From assembly GCA_041687695.1 (NCBI GenBank), contig JAWLBL010000002.1, positions 102,761 through 166,760 on the forward strand: a stretch of 64,000 bases of DNA, given 5' to 3'. A program made the translations under genes and the position numbers. Under the pieces are notes generated by a model. The model searched no databases. It was given only the letters and a program-made list of their open reading frames with translations, and was not told the DNA's origin. Positions 38,031 to 48,378 of this stretch are shown in pieces. How positions within the stretch are numbered: the first letter of the stretch is position 1; each line of letters begins with the position of its first letter. This DNA comes from Myxococcota bacterium. GTDB lineage: Bacteria > Myxococcota_A > UBA9042 > PHBI01 > JAWLBL01.

Positions 38031-38801
38031 CTAGAGGCTACCGCCGACGGCGACGCGAAGGGCAACGCCCAGGTAGTCGAATGCGTCGCGCGCCTGGTGC
38101 GTGACCTCGAGGCGGTAGTCGAACCAGGCGAACTGGTTGAACGAAGCCTTGGTCCGGAGCCCCAGCCGGTACCAACCGCCGCGTAGGCTGGCCCCGCCTT
38201 CCAGGCGTCCGACCCGAGTCGGCACCGTCGCGCCGACGATGAGCTCTCCCGTGACGTCCTGGATGGCGTCGAGGTCGTCTCCGGTCGTGTAGTTGAAGAA
38301 GGAGCGGTCCCAGATCTCGCCGTACAGCAGATGAACGGTGGGGGCCCGGTCGTCCTCGCCGAAGACCGCCTGCGCGCCCACGGCGAGCAGCGCCGATAGA
38401 TAACTGGTGTCGATGGTCTGGTCGGAGCTGCCGACGACCTGATCACCCACCTTGTCGACGGCCGTGTAGGAGACGTCGCCGAAGCCGATCATGATCTCGC
38501 CTACGAACAGCGGCTGGAGGATCCAGCCGCGCTTGAAGAGCGGGATCTCCGGCCAGAGCGGCCAGAACAGCTCGACGTCCATGTAGGCGAAACCCGTCGA
38601 GGTCGTCTGGCGGCGGTTGTCGCTGCCGTGGGCGAGACGCAGGCCCCAGCTGAACTCGAACCACTCCGGGCGGGCTGGTACCTCGTCGGCGTGCGCGGCC
38701 GCCGAGGTGGTCAGGAGCGACATGGTCGCGGCCAAAGCCCCGAGCCGCGCCGCCCATCGCCCCTGTCGCGCGCAGCTGCCCCCCATCGCGCACCCTCCCA
38801 A
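38031..38801 (-). CDS. Secreted/outer-membrane beta-rich hypothetical protein (start uncertain)
   Basis: Signal-like AAAHA cleavage site; alternating beta-strand pattern. Confidence 0.65.
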   Translation of the reverse strand: MGGCAMGGSCARQGRWAARLGALAATMSLLTTSAAAHADEVPARPEWFEFSWGLRLAHGSDNRRQTTSTGFAYMDVELFWPLWPEIPLFKRGWILQPLFVGEIMIGFGDVSYTAVDKVGDQVVGSSDQTIDTSYLSALLAVGAQAVFGEDDRAPTVHLLYGEIWDRSFFNYTTGDDLDAIQDVTGELIVGATVPTRVGRLEGGASLRGGWYRLGLRTKASFNQFAWFDYRLEVTHQARDAFDYLGVALRVAVGGSL

Positions 38802-38945
38802 CCGAAGTCGTCGAGCTTCAGACCAAGCGGTCCCCCTACTGTCGCAGCTTGTGGCACGACGCCGTCGGTACGGTCAAGACGGAGCCGAGCGAGGGATTTG
38901 CGGGTGTGGGCTCGGCGGCGGATACTCGCGGCCGGAGGTCGACGC

Positions 38946-39413
38946 ATGCAGTGGTATCGAGTGGTGGTGGCCGCGGATCGTTCGGGCGAGCGCCGGGCGC
39001 GACACGCCGTCGCGTACGTGGAGGCGGCCGACGAGGCGGCGGCTCGGGAGGCCGGCCTCGAGGCGGCCCGGGCCGACTGGCAGGCGCTGACCCACACGCC
39101 GATGCACGTCGACGGCGTCCCGCTGCAGGGCCACCGGATCGTGACCTGCACGCGCATGACCGAGGACGACCTGCACGCGTACGCCCATCACCGGCTGGAC
39201 TTCGAGACGGCGGACCGGCGGCGCCTCGTGCGCGGCTACGATCTGATGGAGGACGGCGACGCCTGGTGGGTCGTGCTGGGCGAGCTGCGGCGGCGTCTGG
39301 GGCAGGCCGAGGCCGAGGTCCGGCGGCTGCGCGAGCGCCTCGGGGCCGAGCCCGAGGTCGAGGAGCTCTCGGCCGAGGACATCCTGGAGGCGGTCGACCT
39401 CAGCGGTCGATGA
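38946..39413 (+). CDS. Hypothetical protein with C-terminal coiled coil
   Basis: RBS GGAGG, ATG at 38946, coding-like codon use. Confidence 0.65.
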   Translation: MQWYRVVVAADRSGERRARHAVAYVEAADEAAAREAGLEAARADWQALTHTPMHVDGVPLQGHRIVTCTRMTEDDLHAYAHHRLDFETADRRRLVRGYDLMEDGDAWWVVLGELRRRLGQAEAEVRRLRERLGAEPEVEELSAEDILEAVDLSGR

Positions 39414-39864
39414 CGACCAGCTTCACGCGCGCCTCGCCGGCCTGGATGAGGTCCAGCGCCTGAGCCGCGGCCCGCGACACGTCGACGATGCGGCGGCCCG
39501 TGTGGGGCCCGCGGTCGTTGACGCGCAAGACGACGGACTTGCCGTTGCCGAGGTGCTCGACCCGGACGGTGGTGCCGAAGGGGAGCGTCGGGTGGGCGCA
39601 GGTCATCGCGCGCTCGTCGTAGCGCTCGCCGCTGGCGGTGCGGCGCCCGTGGAAGCGGCGCGCGTAGTAGGAGGCCTTGCCGATCTGGGGGGTGACCCGG
39701 GGCGGCGCCTTCTTGGGGGGCTTGGCCTTGGGGGCGGCGCGCCTGGTCGGCTCGGGTTTGGCGGCCCAGGCCGGCGCGGGGGCCAGGACCGCGGCGGCGG
39801 GGGCGGCCGCGACCGCGAAGGCGAGGGCCAGGAGCAGGCGGCGGACGGGGCGGAGCGCGCGCAT
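39400..39864 (-). CDS. rlpA: Septal ring lytic transglycosylase RlpA family protein
   Basis: GKASYY...TASGE...AHPTLPFG...VNDRGP...IVDVS double-psi beta-barrel motif. Confidence 0.9.
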   Translation of the reverse strand: MRALRPVRRLLLALAFAVAAAPAAAVLAPAPAWAAKPEPTRRAAPKAKPPKKAPPRVTPQIGKASYYARRFHGRRTASGERYDERAMTCAHPTLPFGTTVRVEHLGNGKSVVLRVNDRGPHTGRRIVDVSRAAAQALDLIQAGEARVKLVVIDR

Positions 39865-39943
39865 CACCCGTAAGGTAGCATGCGCGTTGGGGTTTGGGGT
39901 CGCGATTGCGGACGGTGGGCGGGCGCGTGTAGCCTCTGGGGCC

Positions 39944-41389
39944 GTGAACGAATCCGCCGAACGCCGCGCGAGCAAGCTGCAGACCATCCTCGAGGTCGCC
40001 AAGGCCATGGTGGGCCTGCGGGACCTGGATCGGCTCTTGGCGACGGTCACGACGGCGGCGGCGAGCGTGGTCGAGGCCGAGCGCTGCACGCTGTTCCTGG
40101 TCGATCGCGAGCGGGGCGAGCTGTGGAGCAAGATCGCGCAGGGGGAGACGCGCGAGATCCGGGTGCCGGTGGGGCTCGGGCTGGCGGGGCACGTGGCGGC
40201 GACCGGCGAGGCGGTGCGGCTCGAGGACGCCTACGCGGACGCGCGGTTCAACCGGGCCGTGGACCTGTCGACGGGGTTCCGGACGCGGAGCCTGCTGTGC
40301 GTGCCGATGGTGAACACGCGCGAGCAGGTCGTGGGCGTGCTGCAGGCGCTGAACCGGACGGAGGGCGTGTTCACGGCCGAGGACGAGGAGCTGCTGGTGG
40401 CCTTGGGCGGGCAGGCGGCGATGGCGATCGAGAACGCGGTGCTGCACGAGGAGATTCAGGCGCTGTTCGAGGGCTTCGTGCGGGCGTCCGTGGTGGCCAT
40501 CGAGTCGCGCGATCCGACGACGGCCGGGCACTCGGATCGGGTGGCGGTGCTGACGGTCGATCTGGCCAGGGCCGCCGAGAAGGCGCCGCCCGCGGGGCCC
40601 GAGTACGCGGGCCTGCGCTTTTCGGCCGACGATCTGAAGCAGCTGCGGTACGCGGCGCTGCTGCACGACTTCGGCAAGGTGGGCGTGCGCGAGCACGTGC
40701 TGGTCAAGGCGGACAAGCTGTACCCGCACGAGCGCGAGCGGCTCGAGGCGCGCTTCGAACTCATCCGCGCGCGGGCCGAGGTCGAGGCGCTGCGGGCGCG
40801 GCTCGAGGGACGGGATCCCGCGGGGCACGAGGCCGAGCTGGCCGAGCTGGACGCCCTTTGGGACGTCGTCGAGCGCGCCAACCGGCCGTCGCTGCTGGAC
40901 GGCGAGGTCTCCGAGCGGCTGCGCGAGCTGGCGGCGCGGACCTTCGTGGACGCGCGTGGGCGGGTGCAGCCCTACCTGACGCCGGCCGAGGTGGCGTCGC
41001 TGTCGATCACGCGCGGGACGCTGACGGCGGCCGAGCGGCAGGAGATCGAGCGGCACGTGACGCAGACCTACCGGTTCCTGTCGCAGATCGCCTGGACGCG
41101 CGAGCTGCGGCGGGTGCCCGAGATCGCCTGGGCGCACCACGAGAAGCTGGACGGGCGCGGGTACCCGCGGGGGCTGTCGGGGGCGCAGGTGCCGATCGAG
41201 AGCCGGATGATGGCCATCGCGGACATCTTCGACGCGCTGACCGCCGCGGACCGGCCCTACAAGAAGGCGGTGCCGCGCGATCGGGCGCTGGACATCCTCA
41301 GCGCCGAGGCCCACGCCGGAAAGCTCGACGCTGGGCTGCTGGACGTCTTCGTGGGCGCGCGCGTGTGGCAGGCGACGGATCAGCCCTGA
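39944..41389 (+). CDS. GAF + HD-GYP cyclic-dinucleotide phosphodiesterase
   Basis: GAF domain (FRTRSLLCVPM...F..EDE); GHSDRV, LHDFGK, HHEKLDGRGYP and ADIFDALT motifs. Confidence 0.93.
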   Translation: MNESAERRASKLQTILEVAKAMVGLRDLDRLLATVTTAAASVVEAERCTLFLVDRERGELWSKIAQGETREIRVPVGLGLAGHVAATGEAVRLEDAYADARFNRAVDLSTGFRTRSLLCVPMVNTREQVVGVLQALNRTEGVFTAEDEELLVALGGQAAMAIENAVLHEEIQALFEGFVRASVVAIESRDPTTAGHSDRVAVLTVDLARAAEKAPPAGPEYAGLRFSADDLKQLRYAALLHDFGKVGVREHVLVKADKLYPHERERLEARFELIRARAEVEALRARLEGRDPAGHEAELAELDALWDVVERANRPSLLDGEVSERLRELAARTFVDARGRVQPYLTPAEVASLSITRGTLTAAERQEIERHVTQTYRFLSQIAWTRELRRVPEIAWAHHEKLDGRGYPRGLSGAQVPIESRMMAIADIFDALTAADRPYKKAVPRDRALDILSAEAHAGKLDAGLLDVFVGARVWQATDQP

Positions 41390-41431
41390 CCGGGGCTTGG
41401 CACGAGACGAGGCCGGGCCTAGCCTACGGGC

Positions 41432-42010
41432 ATGACCGCGCACGCACCTCAGCCGCCGCCGCGAACGCCACAGCGCAAGTGGGGAGTCGATGAAGTCCTC
41501 CGGATGGTCGAGCTCGGCATCCTGCGAGACGACGAGCCGCTCGAGCTCATCGACGGCGAGCTGGTCATCGTGAGCCCCCAGGGACCTGCGCATCTCGCGG
41601 TGACGGCTGGGCTCCGACGCATGCTCGAGGGCGCCTACGGCCCTCGTCACCTCGGGATCACCCACAGCCCACTCCTGGCGGGTGACGGTTCGCTTCCCGA
41701 GCCCGACGTCATGATCGTGCGCGGCGACCATCACGCGTTCGTGCGCCGACTGCCTACGGGCTCGGATGCCGTGCTGGTCGTGGAGATTGCGCAGACCAGC
41801 CAGGCGGCCGACCGACGCAAGGCCGAGATCTACGCCAGGGCCGGCGTGGCCGTGTACTGGCTGCTGGATCTGGTGGCGCGGCGGCTCGAGGTGCGCACCG
41901 GGCCGACCGAGGACGGGCAGTACACCGAGACGCGCCTGCTCTTGGAGGACGAGGAGGTCGCGCTGCCGGGCCTCGACCAGCGCATGGCGGTCAAGGATAT
42001 GCTGCCCTGA
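41432..42010 (+). CDS. Uma2 family (PD-(D/E)XK) endonuclease
   Basis: ELIDGEL, PEPDV, LVVEIA and K..IYARAGV..YW motifs. Confidence 0.92.
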   Translation: MTAHAPQPPPRTPQRKWGVDEVLRMVELGILRDDEPLELIDGELVIVSPQGPAHLAVTAGLRRMLEGAYGPRHLGITHSPLLAGDGSLPEPDVMIVRGDHHAFVRRLPTGSDAVLVVEIAQTSQAADRRKAEIYARAGVAVYWLLDLVARRLEVRTGPTEDGQYTETRLLLEDEEVALPGLDQRMAVKDMLP

Positions 42011-42019
42011 TGCCCTGAG

Positions 42020-43225
42020 TCAGGGCTTGGCGCTGAAGCTCACCGCGGGCGAGACCTGGACGTCGCCCGAGAGCAGGGCGTCGACCGTGGGGTCGCCCAG
42101 GACGTGCCGACGCGCGAAGCCCAGGGCGTAGTGGTTCACGATGCCGAAGCCCTCGGCGTCGGAGATCGCGTCGCACCCGCCCAGGGCGAAGACCTGGTGG
42201 CAGCCGCCCGCGATGTCGACGCGCAGGGCGGGGCCGGTCAGCGCCGCCCAGGTGGGGTCGCCCTCGCCGAGGTTCTTCACCGAGTCGTCGGCGGCGCCGG
42301 TCATCATCAGGATGGGCGCCTGCACGGCGGCGTAGCCCGCGTCTCCGAACATCGCGCGGTTGCCGGCGGCCATCGGGATGGCGGCGACGACGCGCGGGTC
42401 GCGGGTGCCGGCGGCGAAGACGGCCAGCTCGTCGTCGCTGCAGGGGGCGCCGCCCGGGCCCTGGCCCGCGGCGCAGTCGGCCTGAAGGCGCGCCATGTCG
42501 AAGGCGGCGCCGGCGACGGCGAAGGTGGTGTAGCCGCCGTAGCTGTGGCCGCTCATGACGACCGCGTCCAGGGCGAGCTGGCCGGCCAGCGGGTCGGCGG
42601 CGTCGCCGTCGGCGGGCAGGGCGGCCAGGTGGTCGAGCGAGGCGGAGATGTCGAGCCCGCGCACGAAGTACATCCAGGTGGGGCGCGGGTTGAGGGCGTC
42701 GGCCAGGGTGTTGCCGGTGTGGTCGGGGGCGGCGACGACCCAGCCGTGGGTGGCGAAGTGGCGCATCAGCGAAGCCGAGGAGCCGGCGAAGCCCATGTGG
42801 CCGTGGGAGTGGACGTGGACCGGGTAGCGGTCGCCATAGCCGGCCTCGGGCGGGGCGAGCGAGGCGTCGACGAAGCTGTCGTCGTCGGGGAACAGGCCCA
42901 GGTAGCGGGCGCCCTCGCCGGTCTCGTCGAGGGTCGGGTACCACAGGTGCAGCTTGACGGTGCGCGGGGCGGGGGCGCCGGCCGGGTCGTAGGTGACCTG
43001 CATCGTGCGGTAGCCGACGCGGTAGGGGCCCGCCTCGCCGACGGGCCAGGTCAGCGGCTCGGGCAGCGGCACGTCCGGGTCGTCGGTGTCGGGCTCGGCG
43101 TCGGGCTCGGCGTCGGAGTCCTTCACCTCGGCCTCTGCGTCGGGCAGCTCGGTGAAGGTGGTGGCGGGGTCACCCTCGCAGCCGGCGAGGAGGGCGAAGC
43201 TGAGCAGCAGGGGCAGTCGGCGCAT
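42020..43225 (-). CDS. Alpha/beta hydrolase lipoprotein
   Basis: Lipobox LAGC; HSHG, APDHTGN and GHSYGG nucleophile motifs. Confidence 0.88.
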   Translation of the reverse strand: MRRLPLLLSFALLAGCEGDPATTFTELPDAEAEVKDSDAEPDAEPDTDDPDVPLPEPLTWPVGEAGPYRVGYRTMQVTYDPAGAPAPRTVKLHLWYPTLDETGEGARYLGLFPDDDSFVDASLAPPEAGYGDRYPVHVHSHGHMGFAGSSASLMRHFATHGWVVAAPDHTGNTLADALNPRPTWMYFVRGLDISASLDHLAALPADGDAADPLAGQLALDAVVMSGHSYGGYTTFAVAGAAFDMARLQADCAAGQGPGGAPCSDDELAVFAAGTRDPRVVAAIPMAAGNRAMFGDAGYAAVQAPILMMTGAADDSVKNLGEGDPTWAALTGPALRVDIAGGCHQVFALGGCDAISDAEGFGIVNHYALGFARRHVLGDPTVDALLSGDVQVSPAVSFSAKP

Positions 43226-43318
43226 GGGATGGAGTTAGCAGCAGCGCGGCGGTGGCGTCCAGCTTGCCCGGGGCGGCGCGCGTGATTAGCCTCCCCGCCG
43301 CGATCGCGAGGTGAGTCG

Positions 43319-43558
43319 ATGCCGCTGTACGAGTACCGATGCAAGGCGTGTGGCCAGACGACCGAGGCGCTGCAGCGCATGGCGGACGCGCCGCTGACCG
43401 ACTGCCCGACCTGCGCCGCCAGCGCGCTCGAGAAGCTGATGAGCGCGCACAACGTGGGCGCGGGTGGGCCCGGCGGGGGCGCCTCGCCGGCCGTGATGGG
43501 GCCGCCGCCCGGGTGCGGGCGGTGCGGCGATCCCCAGGGGCCCTGCGGGTTGTCGTGA
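43319..43558 (+). CDS. FmdB-family zinc ribbon protein
   Basis: MPLYEYRCKACG...CPTC signature. Confidence 0.92.
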   Translation: MPLYEYRCKACGQTTEALQRMADAPLTDCPTCAASALEKLMSAHNVGAGGPGGGASPAVMGPPPGCGRCGDPQGPCGLS

Positions 43559-43585
43559 TCGGACGGCCGCGCTAAAAGCCGGCCC

Positions 43586-44899
43586 ATGACACACCCGACG
43601 CACCCCACCGCGAAAGACCTCGTCGCCTACATCAACGCCAGCCCGACCCCGGACCACTGCGTGGCCGAGTCGGCGCGGCGCCTCGACGAGGCCGGCTTCC
43701 AGGCGCTCGACGAGGGCGAGGGCTGGTCGCTCGAGGCGGGCGGCGGGTACTACGTCGTGCGCGGCGGGTCCATCACCGCGTTCCGCGTGGGCACGGGCGC
43801 GCCGCACGAGGTCGGCTTCCGGCTGACGGGCGCCCACACCGACTCGCCGAACCTGCGCGTCAAGCCGATCGCCAACGTGACGGCGTCGGGGTGGCTGCAG
43901 CTGGGCGTCGAGACCTACGGCGGGCTGCTGGACTACACGTGGCTGGACCGCGACCTGGGCCTGGCGGGCAGCGTGCGCCTGCGAGAGCCGGGCGGGCGGG
44001 TGACGCGGCGGCTGGTGCGGGTCGACCGGCCGATCCTGCGCATCCCGTCGCTGGCGATTCACCTCAACCGCGAGATCCGCGACGGCGGCCTGAAGCTGAA
44101 CGCGCAGAAGCACCTGCCGCCGCTGATGGCGCTGGCGCCTTCGGGGGCGGACGGCAAGGCGGGGATCGGCGCGCTCGAGCGGCTGCTGGGCGACGAGCTG
44201 GGGGTCGATCCCAAGACCATCCTCAGCTGGGATCTGTCGCTGATGGACGTGGTCCCGGCCACCATCGGCGGCCTGCACCACGAGCTGGTCTTCGCGCCGC
44301 GGCTGGACAACCAGGCGATGTGCCACGCGACGCTGATGGCGCTGTTGCGCAGCCGCGCGAGCGAGGCGACGCAGGTGGTGGCGCTGTACGATCACGAGGA
44401 GGTCGGCAGCGGGTCGACGGCGGGCGCCGAGGGCAACGTGGTCGAGGTGATCCTGCGGCGCGTGGCCGAGATCGAGGGGCCCGCCGCCAAGCCGGGAGGC
44501 CTGACCCGCGCGGCCGCGCGCTCGACCCAGGTCTCGGCCGACATGGCCCACGGCGTGCACCCCAACTACGCCGACAAGCACGAGCCGATGCACCTGCCGC
44601 GCGTCAACGGCGGGCCGGTCATCAAGATGAACGCCCAGCAGCGCTACGCGACCAACGCCGACACGGCCGCGCTGTTCGAGGCGCTGTGCCAGGACGCCGA
44701 GGTCCCGGTCCAGAAGTTCGTCACCCGCACCGACCTGGCCTGCGGGTCCACCATCGGCCCCATCGCGGCGGCGCGGCTGGGCATCCAGACGGTCGACGTC
44801 GGCAACGCCATGCTGTCGATGCACTCCATCCGAGAGACCACCGGCGCCGAGGACCCCGAGCGCATGGTGACCGTGCTCGAGCGCTTCCTGCAGAGCTGA
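43586..44899 (+). CDS. apeB: M18 family aspartyl aminopeptidase
   Basis: AHTDSP, RLDN, DHEEVGS, SADMAH..HPNY, CGSTIGP and SMHSIRE motifs. Confidence 0.93.
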   Translation: MTHPTHPTAKDLVAYINASPTPDHCVAESARRLDEAGFQALDEGEGWSLEAGGGYYVVRGGSITAFRVGTGAPHEVGFRLTGAHTDSPNLRVKPIANVTASGWLQLGVETYGGLLDYTWLDRDLGLAGSVRLREPGGRVTRRLVRVDRPILRIPSLAIHLNREIRDGGLKLNAQKHLPPLMALAPSGADGKAGIGALERLLGDELGVDPKTILSWDLSLMDVVPATIGGLHHELVFAPRLDNQAMCHATLMALLRSRASEATQVVALYDHEEVGSGSTAGAEGNVVEVILRRVAEIEGPAAKPGGLTRAAARSTQVSADMAHGVHPNYADKHEPMHLPRVNGGPVIKMNAQQRYATNADTAALFEALCQDAEVPVQKFVTRTDLACGSTIGPIAAARLGIQTVDVGNAMLSMHSIRETTGAEDPERMVTVLERFLQS

Positions 44900-44970
44900 G
44901 CGCGCCGCGGCGGGGGCCTTTCGCGGCGACCGGCCGTGTCCTACGATGGGGCCTCACGACGAGGTGACCC

Positions 44971-46233
44971 ATGCCATGCCGTCGCGTCCTGCGCGCCTGC
45001 GCCCTGCTCGCCAGCGTCCTCGTCCTGGGCTCGGCTCCCGGGTCGACGGCCCGCGCCGACGGCGCCCGGATCGAGTCGCGCATCGACCTCGGGCAGCTGG
45101 TGCAGCGCAGCGACGTCATCTTTTTGGGCACCGTGCGCCGGGTCGCGCACCAGCGGCAGACGACGCGGGCCTACGGCGAAGACCGCGTGTGGATCGCGAC
45201 CTATCGGCTGCAGATCGAGGTCGGCGAGGTGCTGCGGGGCGCCGACCGGCTCGAGGTGAAGCCGGGCCAGCGGGTCTGGGTGCACCGCGGGTCGGACTCG
45301 CGGCCGGGCAAGTGGGTGCTGCTGCGCGACTTCTACGACTCGGGCTACGGGCTCCCGGGCGCCAAGGCCGGCGACCGGGTCCTGGTCTTCGGCAGCAACG
45401 GGACGCTGCAGGAGGGCAAGCCAGCCTATCTGCAGATCTCCGAGGTCGAGCGGGCCGACCGCGCCGAGGCCGCGCGGGAGGCCATCGCCAAGGCCGAGGC
45501 CAAGGTGCGGGCAGGCTGGCGCGATGGCAGCAAGTGCAAGGCGGGCAAGTTCCTGCACGACGGCCGGTGTCGGACGCCCGAGCAGATCGTCGCGGGCGTC
45601 GCCTGTCCCGAAGGGGCCCAAGCGGAGGCCGAGGAGCCCGCGCCGGGCGCGCTGAGGGTGCAGTGCAGCAACGCCGGCACCTTCGAGGGGCCGTCGCTGA
45701 GCTGGGGACGCGCCGGGTATCCGTCCGCCGCAGGGGCGATGGCCGCCGGGCAGCGGGAGGGCGAGTGGCGGTTCTGGGACGGGCAGGGGCGGCCGCAGCG
45801 GACGACCCACTACCTGGCCGGCAAGCGACACGGCGCCGAGGTGCGGTTCCACGACAACGGGCAGATCGCGTGCGAAGGCCGCTGGGCGGACGATCTGCAG
45901 GATGGGACCTGGACCTGCTACACCGAGGCCGGGGCGGTCGCCGGCCGTTACGAGATGCAGCGCGGGACCGGCGCGGTGCGCGGCTGGCGCCCCGACGGGA
46001 CGCTGCAGAGCGAGCAGGAGCAGGTCGCGGGCCGCGCGATGGGGCTCAATCGCCTGTACGACCGGGACGGGAAGCTCGAGCTCGAGGGCGCCTACGTCGA
46101 CGGCCGGATGCACGGCCTGTTCCGCTACCTGCGGCCGGACGGCACTGTGCGGCTGACCCTGTGTTATCGGAGAGGCGACGAGGTCTGGCGCGCCGAGGAG
46201 CCCGCCGAGGCGGCCCAGCGGCGGTGCCCGTGA
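44971..46233 (+). CDS. Secreted protein with MORN-variant (YwqK-like) repeats
   Basis: G.REGEWRFW..G, GKRHG...FHDNG and GAYVDGRMHG repeats; signal peptide. Confidence 0.8.
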   Translation: MPCRRVLRACALLASVLVLGSAPGSTARADGARIESRIDLGQLVQRSDVIFLGTVRRVAHQRQTTRAYGEDRVWIATYRLQIEVGEVLRGADRLEVKPGQRVWVHRGSDSRPGKWVLLRDFYDSGYGLPGAKAGDRVLVFGSNGTLQEGKPAYLQISEVERADRAEAAREAIAKAEAKVRAGWRDGSKCKAGKFLHDGRCRTPEQIVAGVACPEGAQAEAEEPAPGALRVQCSNAGTFEGPSLSWGRAGYPSAAGAMAAGQREGEWRFWDGQGRPQRTTHYLAGKRHGAEVRFHDNGQIACEGRWADDLQDGTWTCYTEAGAVAGRYEMQRGTGAVRGWRPDGTLQSEQEQVAGRAMGLNRLYDRDGKLELEGAYVDGRMHGLFRYLRPDGTVRLTLCYRRGDEVWRAEEPAEAAQRRCP

Positions 46234-46240
46234 CCGCGGG

Positions 46241-47839
46241 TCAACGCGCCAGCTCGAAGCGCCAGCGGTTGGCGCCGACGTCGTAGCGGTCGACCCGCAG
46301 GCCCAGCGCGTCGCCCAGGCGCAGCACCGGGGCGCCGTCGGGGTCCGTGAGCGCGTCCTCGTGGCGGGTGGGCGTCAGCGCCGCGCCGAAGGCGGCCTCG
46401 AGGTCGCCGGCGTAGACCTTGAGCTCGTGGTCCGGCGCGTCGAGCTGGACGTAGATCCGGTCGCGACGCAGGCCGACGACCGTGCCGACGCGCCGCGGCC
46501 GCTCGGCGGCCGGAAGGGCCAGATCGGCGCCGAACAGCGCGTCGAGCCCCAGCTTCGCGGCCTCCTTGGTGAGGGTCGACTGCAGGCGCCGCGCCCGCTC
46601 GCCGGCCTCGATGACGGCCTCGCGCAGGACTTCGTCGCGGGCGATGGCGTCGGCGGACGGCGACACGCCCTCGAGCAGCTCGACCGCCTCCTTGTGGGTG
46701 TACACGCCGATGATCTCTCGCATGGGCGAGGACAGGCGGGCGTAGGGCTCGGCGCCGACGCCGAAGTGCGGCCCCGGCTCGGCCGACAGGCTGGAGGCCT
46801 GGTTCAGGACGAGGGCCTGGCGGTGCAGCGCCATCGCGAGACGGCGCGCCTCGTCGTCGTCGCCGTCGACCGGCAGGCGCCGCAGGTAGTCGGACAGGCT
46901 CTCGCCCGGCTGGCCATGGCCGGAGCGTCGTCGCCAGCGCCACGCGTCGGCGTGCGCCCCGGCGCGTTGGGCGATGGCGCGGGTCATCGCCGCGAACCGG
47001 ACGAGGCGCGGCTCGGGGGGCGAGGGGTGCACGCGGAAGATCGGCTGGACGTGGGCCGCGGGGTGGCGCGCGAGCAGGCGGCCGCCTTCGGCGTTGCACA
47101 TCAGCGAGATCTGCTCGTTGTAGCGCTCGGTCATGTAGCGGTCGCCGCGGTGGTAGACCACGACGTCACGGCGCTCGGCCTCGGCGATGCGCAGCAGGCC
47201 GACGGTGCGCAGCAGCTGCAGCGTCTCGGTGAAGGGCTGGCCCGCGAGGGCGCCTGCGTCGCCGGCGTCGTAGAAGGCCTGCACCCCGCCGTAGGTCAGC
47301 TTGGCGCGGCTGCGGATGCGGGCGCGCAGTAGCTCGGCGCCGACGCACGCGCCGTCTGGGGAGAGCGTCAGGACGACCACCAGCGCGCGGCGCGGCTGGG
47401 CCTCGTTGAGCGAGACCAGCCCCTCGCTGAGGGCGCGGGGGAGCATGGGGACCGTGAAGCCCGGCAGGTAGTAGCTGGCGCCGCGGCGCAGGGCCTCGTC
47501 CCACAGGCGGGCGCCGGGCCGGACGTAGTAGGCGGCGTCGGCCAGCGCGTAGTGGATGACGTACCCGCCGTCGGGCGCCGGCGCGATGTGCAGGGCCTGG
47601 TCGAGGTCGCGGGAGTCGGGGTTGTCGATGGTGACGAAGGGCAGGGGCTCGAGGTCGCGCAGGGCCGGGTCGTCGAGGCCGGGGGCGGCGAGCCAGGCCT
47701 CGGCCTCGGCCAGCACGTCGTCGGGGAAGCCGGGGTCGAGCGCGTGCCGGGCGGCCAGGGCGGCGATGGCCGCGGGGCTGGGCGCCGGCGGCAGGGACGA
47801 CGCGGCTGGGGGCACGGTCGGGGTGGTCGGTGTGGTCAT
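46241..47839 (-). CDS. RNB-domain exoribonuclease (RNase II/R family)
   Basis: FVTIDNPDSRDLDQA, EALRRGASYYLP, PMLPRALS and HFG...YARLSSPMR motifs. Confidence 0.9.
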   Translation of the reverse strand: MTTPTTPTVPPAASSLPPAPSPAAIAALAARHALDPGFPDDVLAEAEAWLAAPGLDDPALRDLEPLPFVTIDNPDSRDLDQALHIAPAPDGGYVIHYALADAAYYVRPGARLWDEALRRGASYYLPGFTVPMLPRALSEGLVSLNEAQPRRALVVVLTLSPDGACVGAELLRARIRSRAKLTYGGVQAFYDAGDAGALAGQPFTETLQLLRTVGLLRIAEAERRDVVVYHRGDRYMTERYNEQISLMCNAEGGRLLARHPAAHVQPIFRVHPSPPEPRLVRFAAMTRAIAQRAGAHADAWRWRRRSGHGQPGESLSDYLRRLPVDGDDDEARRLAMALHRQALVLNQASSLSAEPGPHFGVGAEPYARLSSPMREIIGVYTHKEAVELLEGVSPSADAIARDEVLREAVIEAGERARRLQSTLTKEAAKLGLDALFGADLALPAAERPRRVGTVVGLRRDRIYVQLDAPDHELKVYAGDLEAAFGAALTPTRHEDALTDPDGAPVLRLGDALGLRVDRYDVGANRWRFELAR

Positions 47840-47908
47840 GGGGCCGCCATCGTACCCACTGCGCGTGCGCCTGTCGCCCGGGTCGGGGGCGTGTTATGGT
47901 CCGCCGCG

Positions 47909-48349
47909 ATGACCGCCCCCGGCCCGCCGCCCGAACTCGCCGAGCTCCGCGACCTCATCCGCGCGGCCGGGCTGCGCGTGACGTCGGGGCGCGTCGCGGT
48001 CTACCAGGCGGTGCGCGCCAGCGAGGCGCCGCTGAGCCACGCGGAGATCGCGCGGGCGCTGTCGCCCGGCGGGTTCGATCGGGCCGCGATCTACCGCAAC
48101 CTGCGTGACCTCGAGAAGGCCGGCCTGGTGAGCCGCAGCGATCTCGGCGACCACGTCTGGCGCTACGAGGCGGCGGGCGCGGCCGGGCACGAGGGCGGGC
48201 ACCCGCACTTCGTCTGCACCGACTGCGGGGACGTGGCGTGCCTGCCGACGGTGCAGGTCACCATCACGGCGTCGCCCGAGGCCCCGGTCGCGGCCACCAG
48301 CCAGCGGGTCGAGGTGCAGCTGCGCGGGGTCTGCGACCGCTGCACCTGA
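47909..48349 (+). CDS. Fur family transcriptional regulator
   Basis: GLRVT..R, IYRNL, HPHFVCTDCG and C-terminal GVCDRC motifs. Confidence 0.92.
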   Translation: MTAPGPPPELAELRDLIRAAGLRVTSGRVAVYQAVRASEAPLSHAEIARALSPGGFDRAAIYRNLRDLEKAGLVSRSDLGDHVWRYEAAGAAGHEGGHPHFVCTDCGDVACLPTVQVTITASPEAPVAATSQRVEVQLRGVCDRCT

Positions 48350-48378
48350 GCGGCGAGGGGGCTCGGCCGCTCGGCCGC

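Noticed and set aside
44971..46233. Toxin-antitoxin module (YwqK-like antitoxin)
   Set aside because: No adjacent toxin gene; MORN-variant repeats are common in secreted proteins.
46241..47839. Inactive RNase because of DLDQA instead of DLDDA
   Set aside because: As far as I recall, this variant occurs in other RNB proteins, and the preceding aspartates are present; inactivity cannot be claimed without an alignment.
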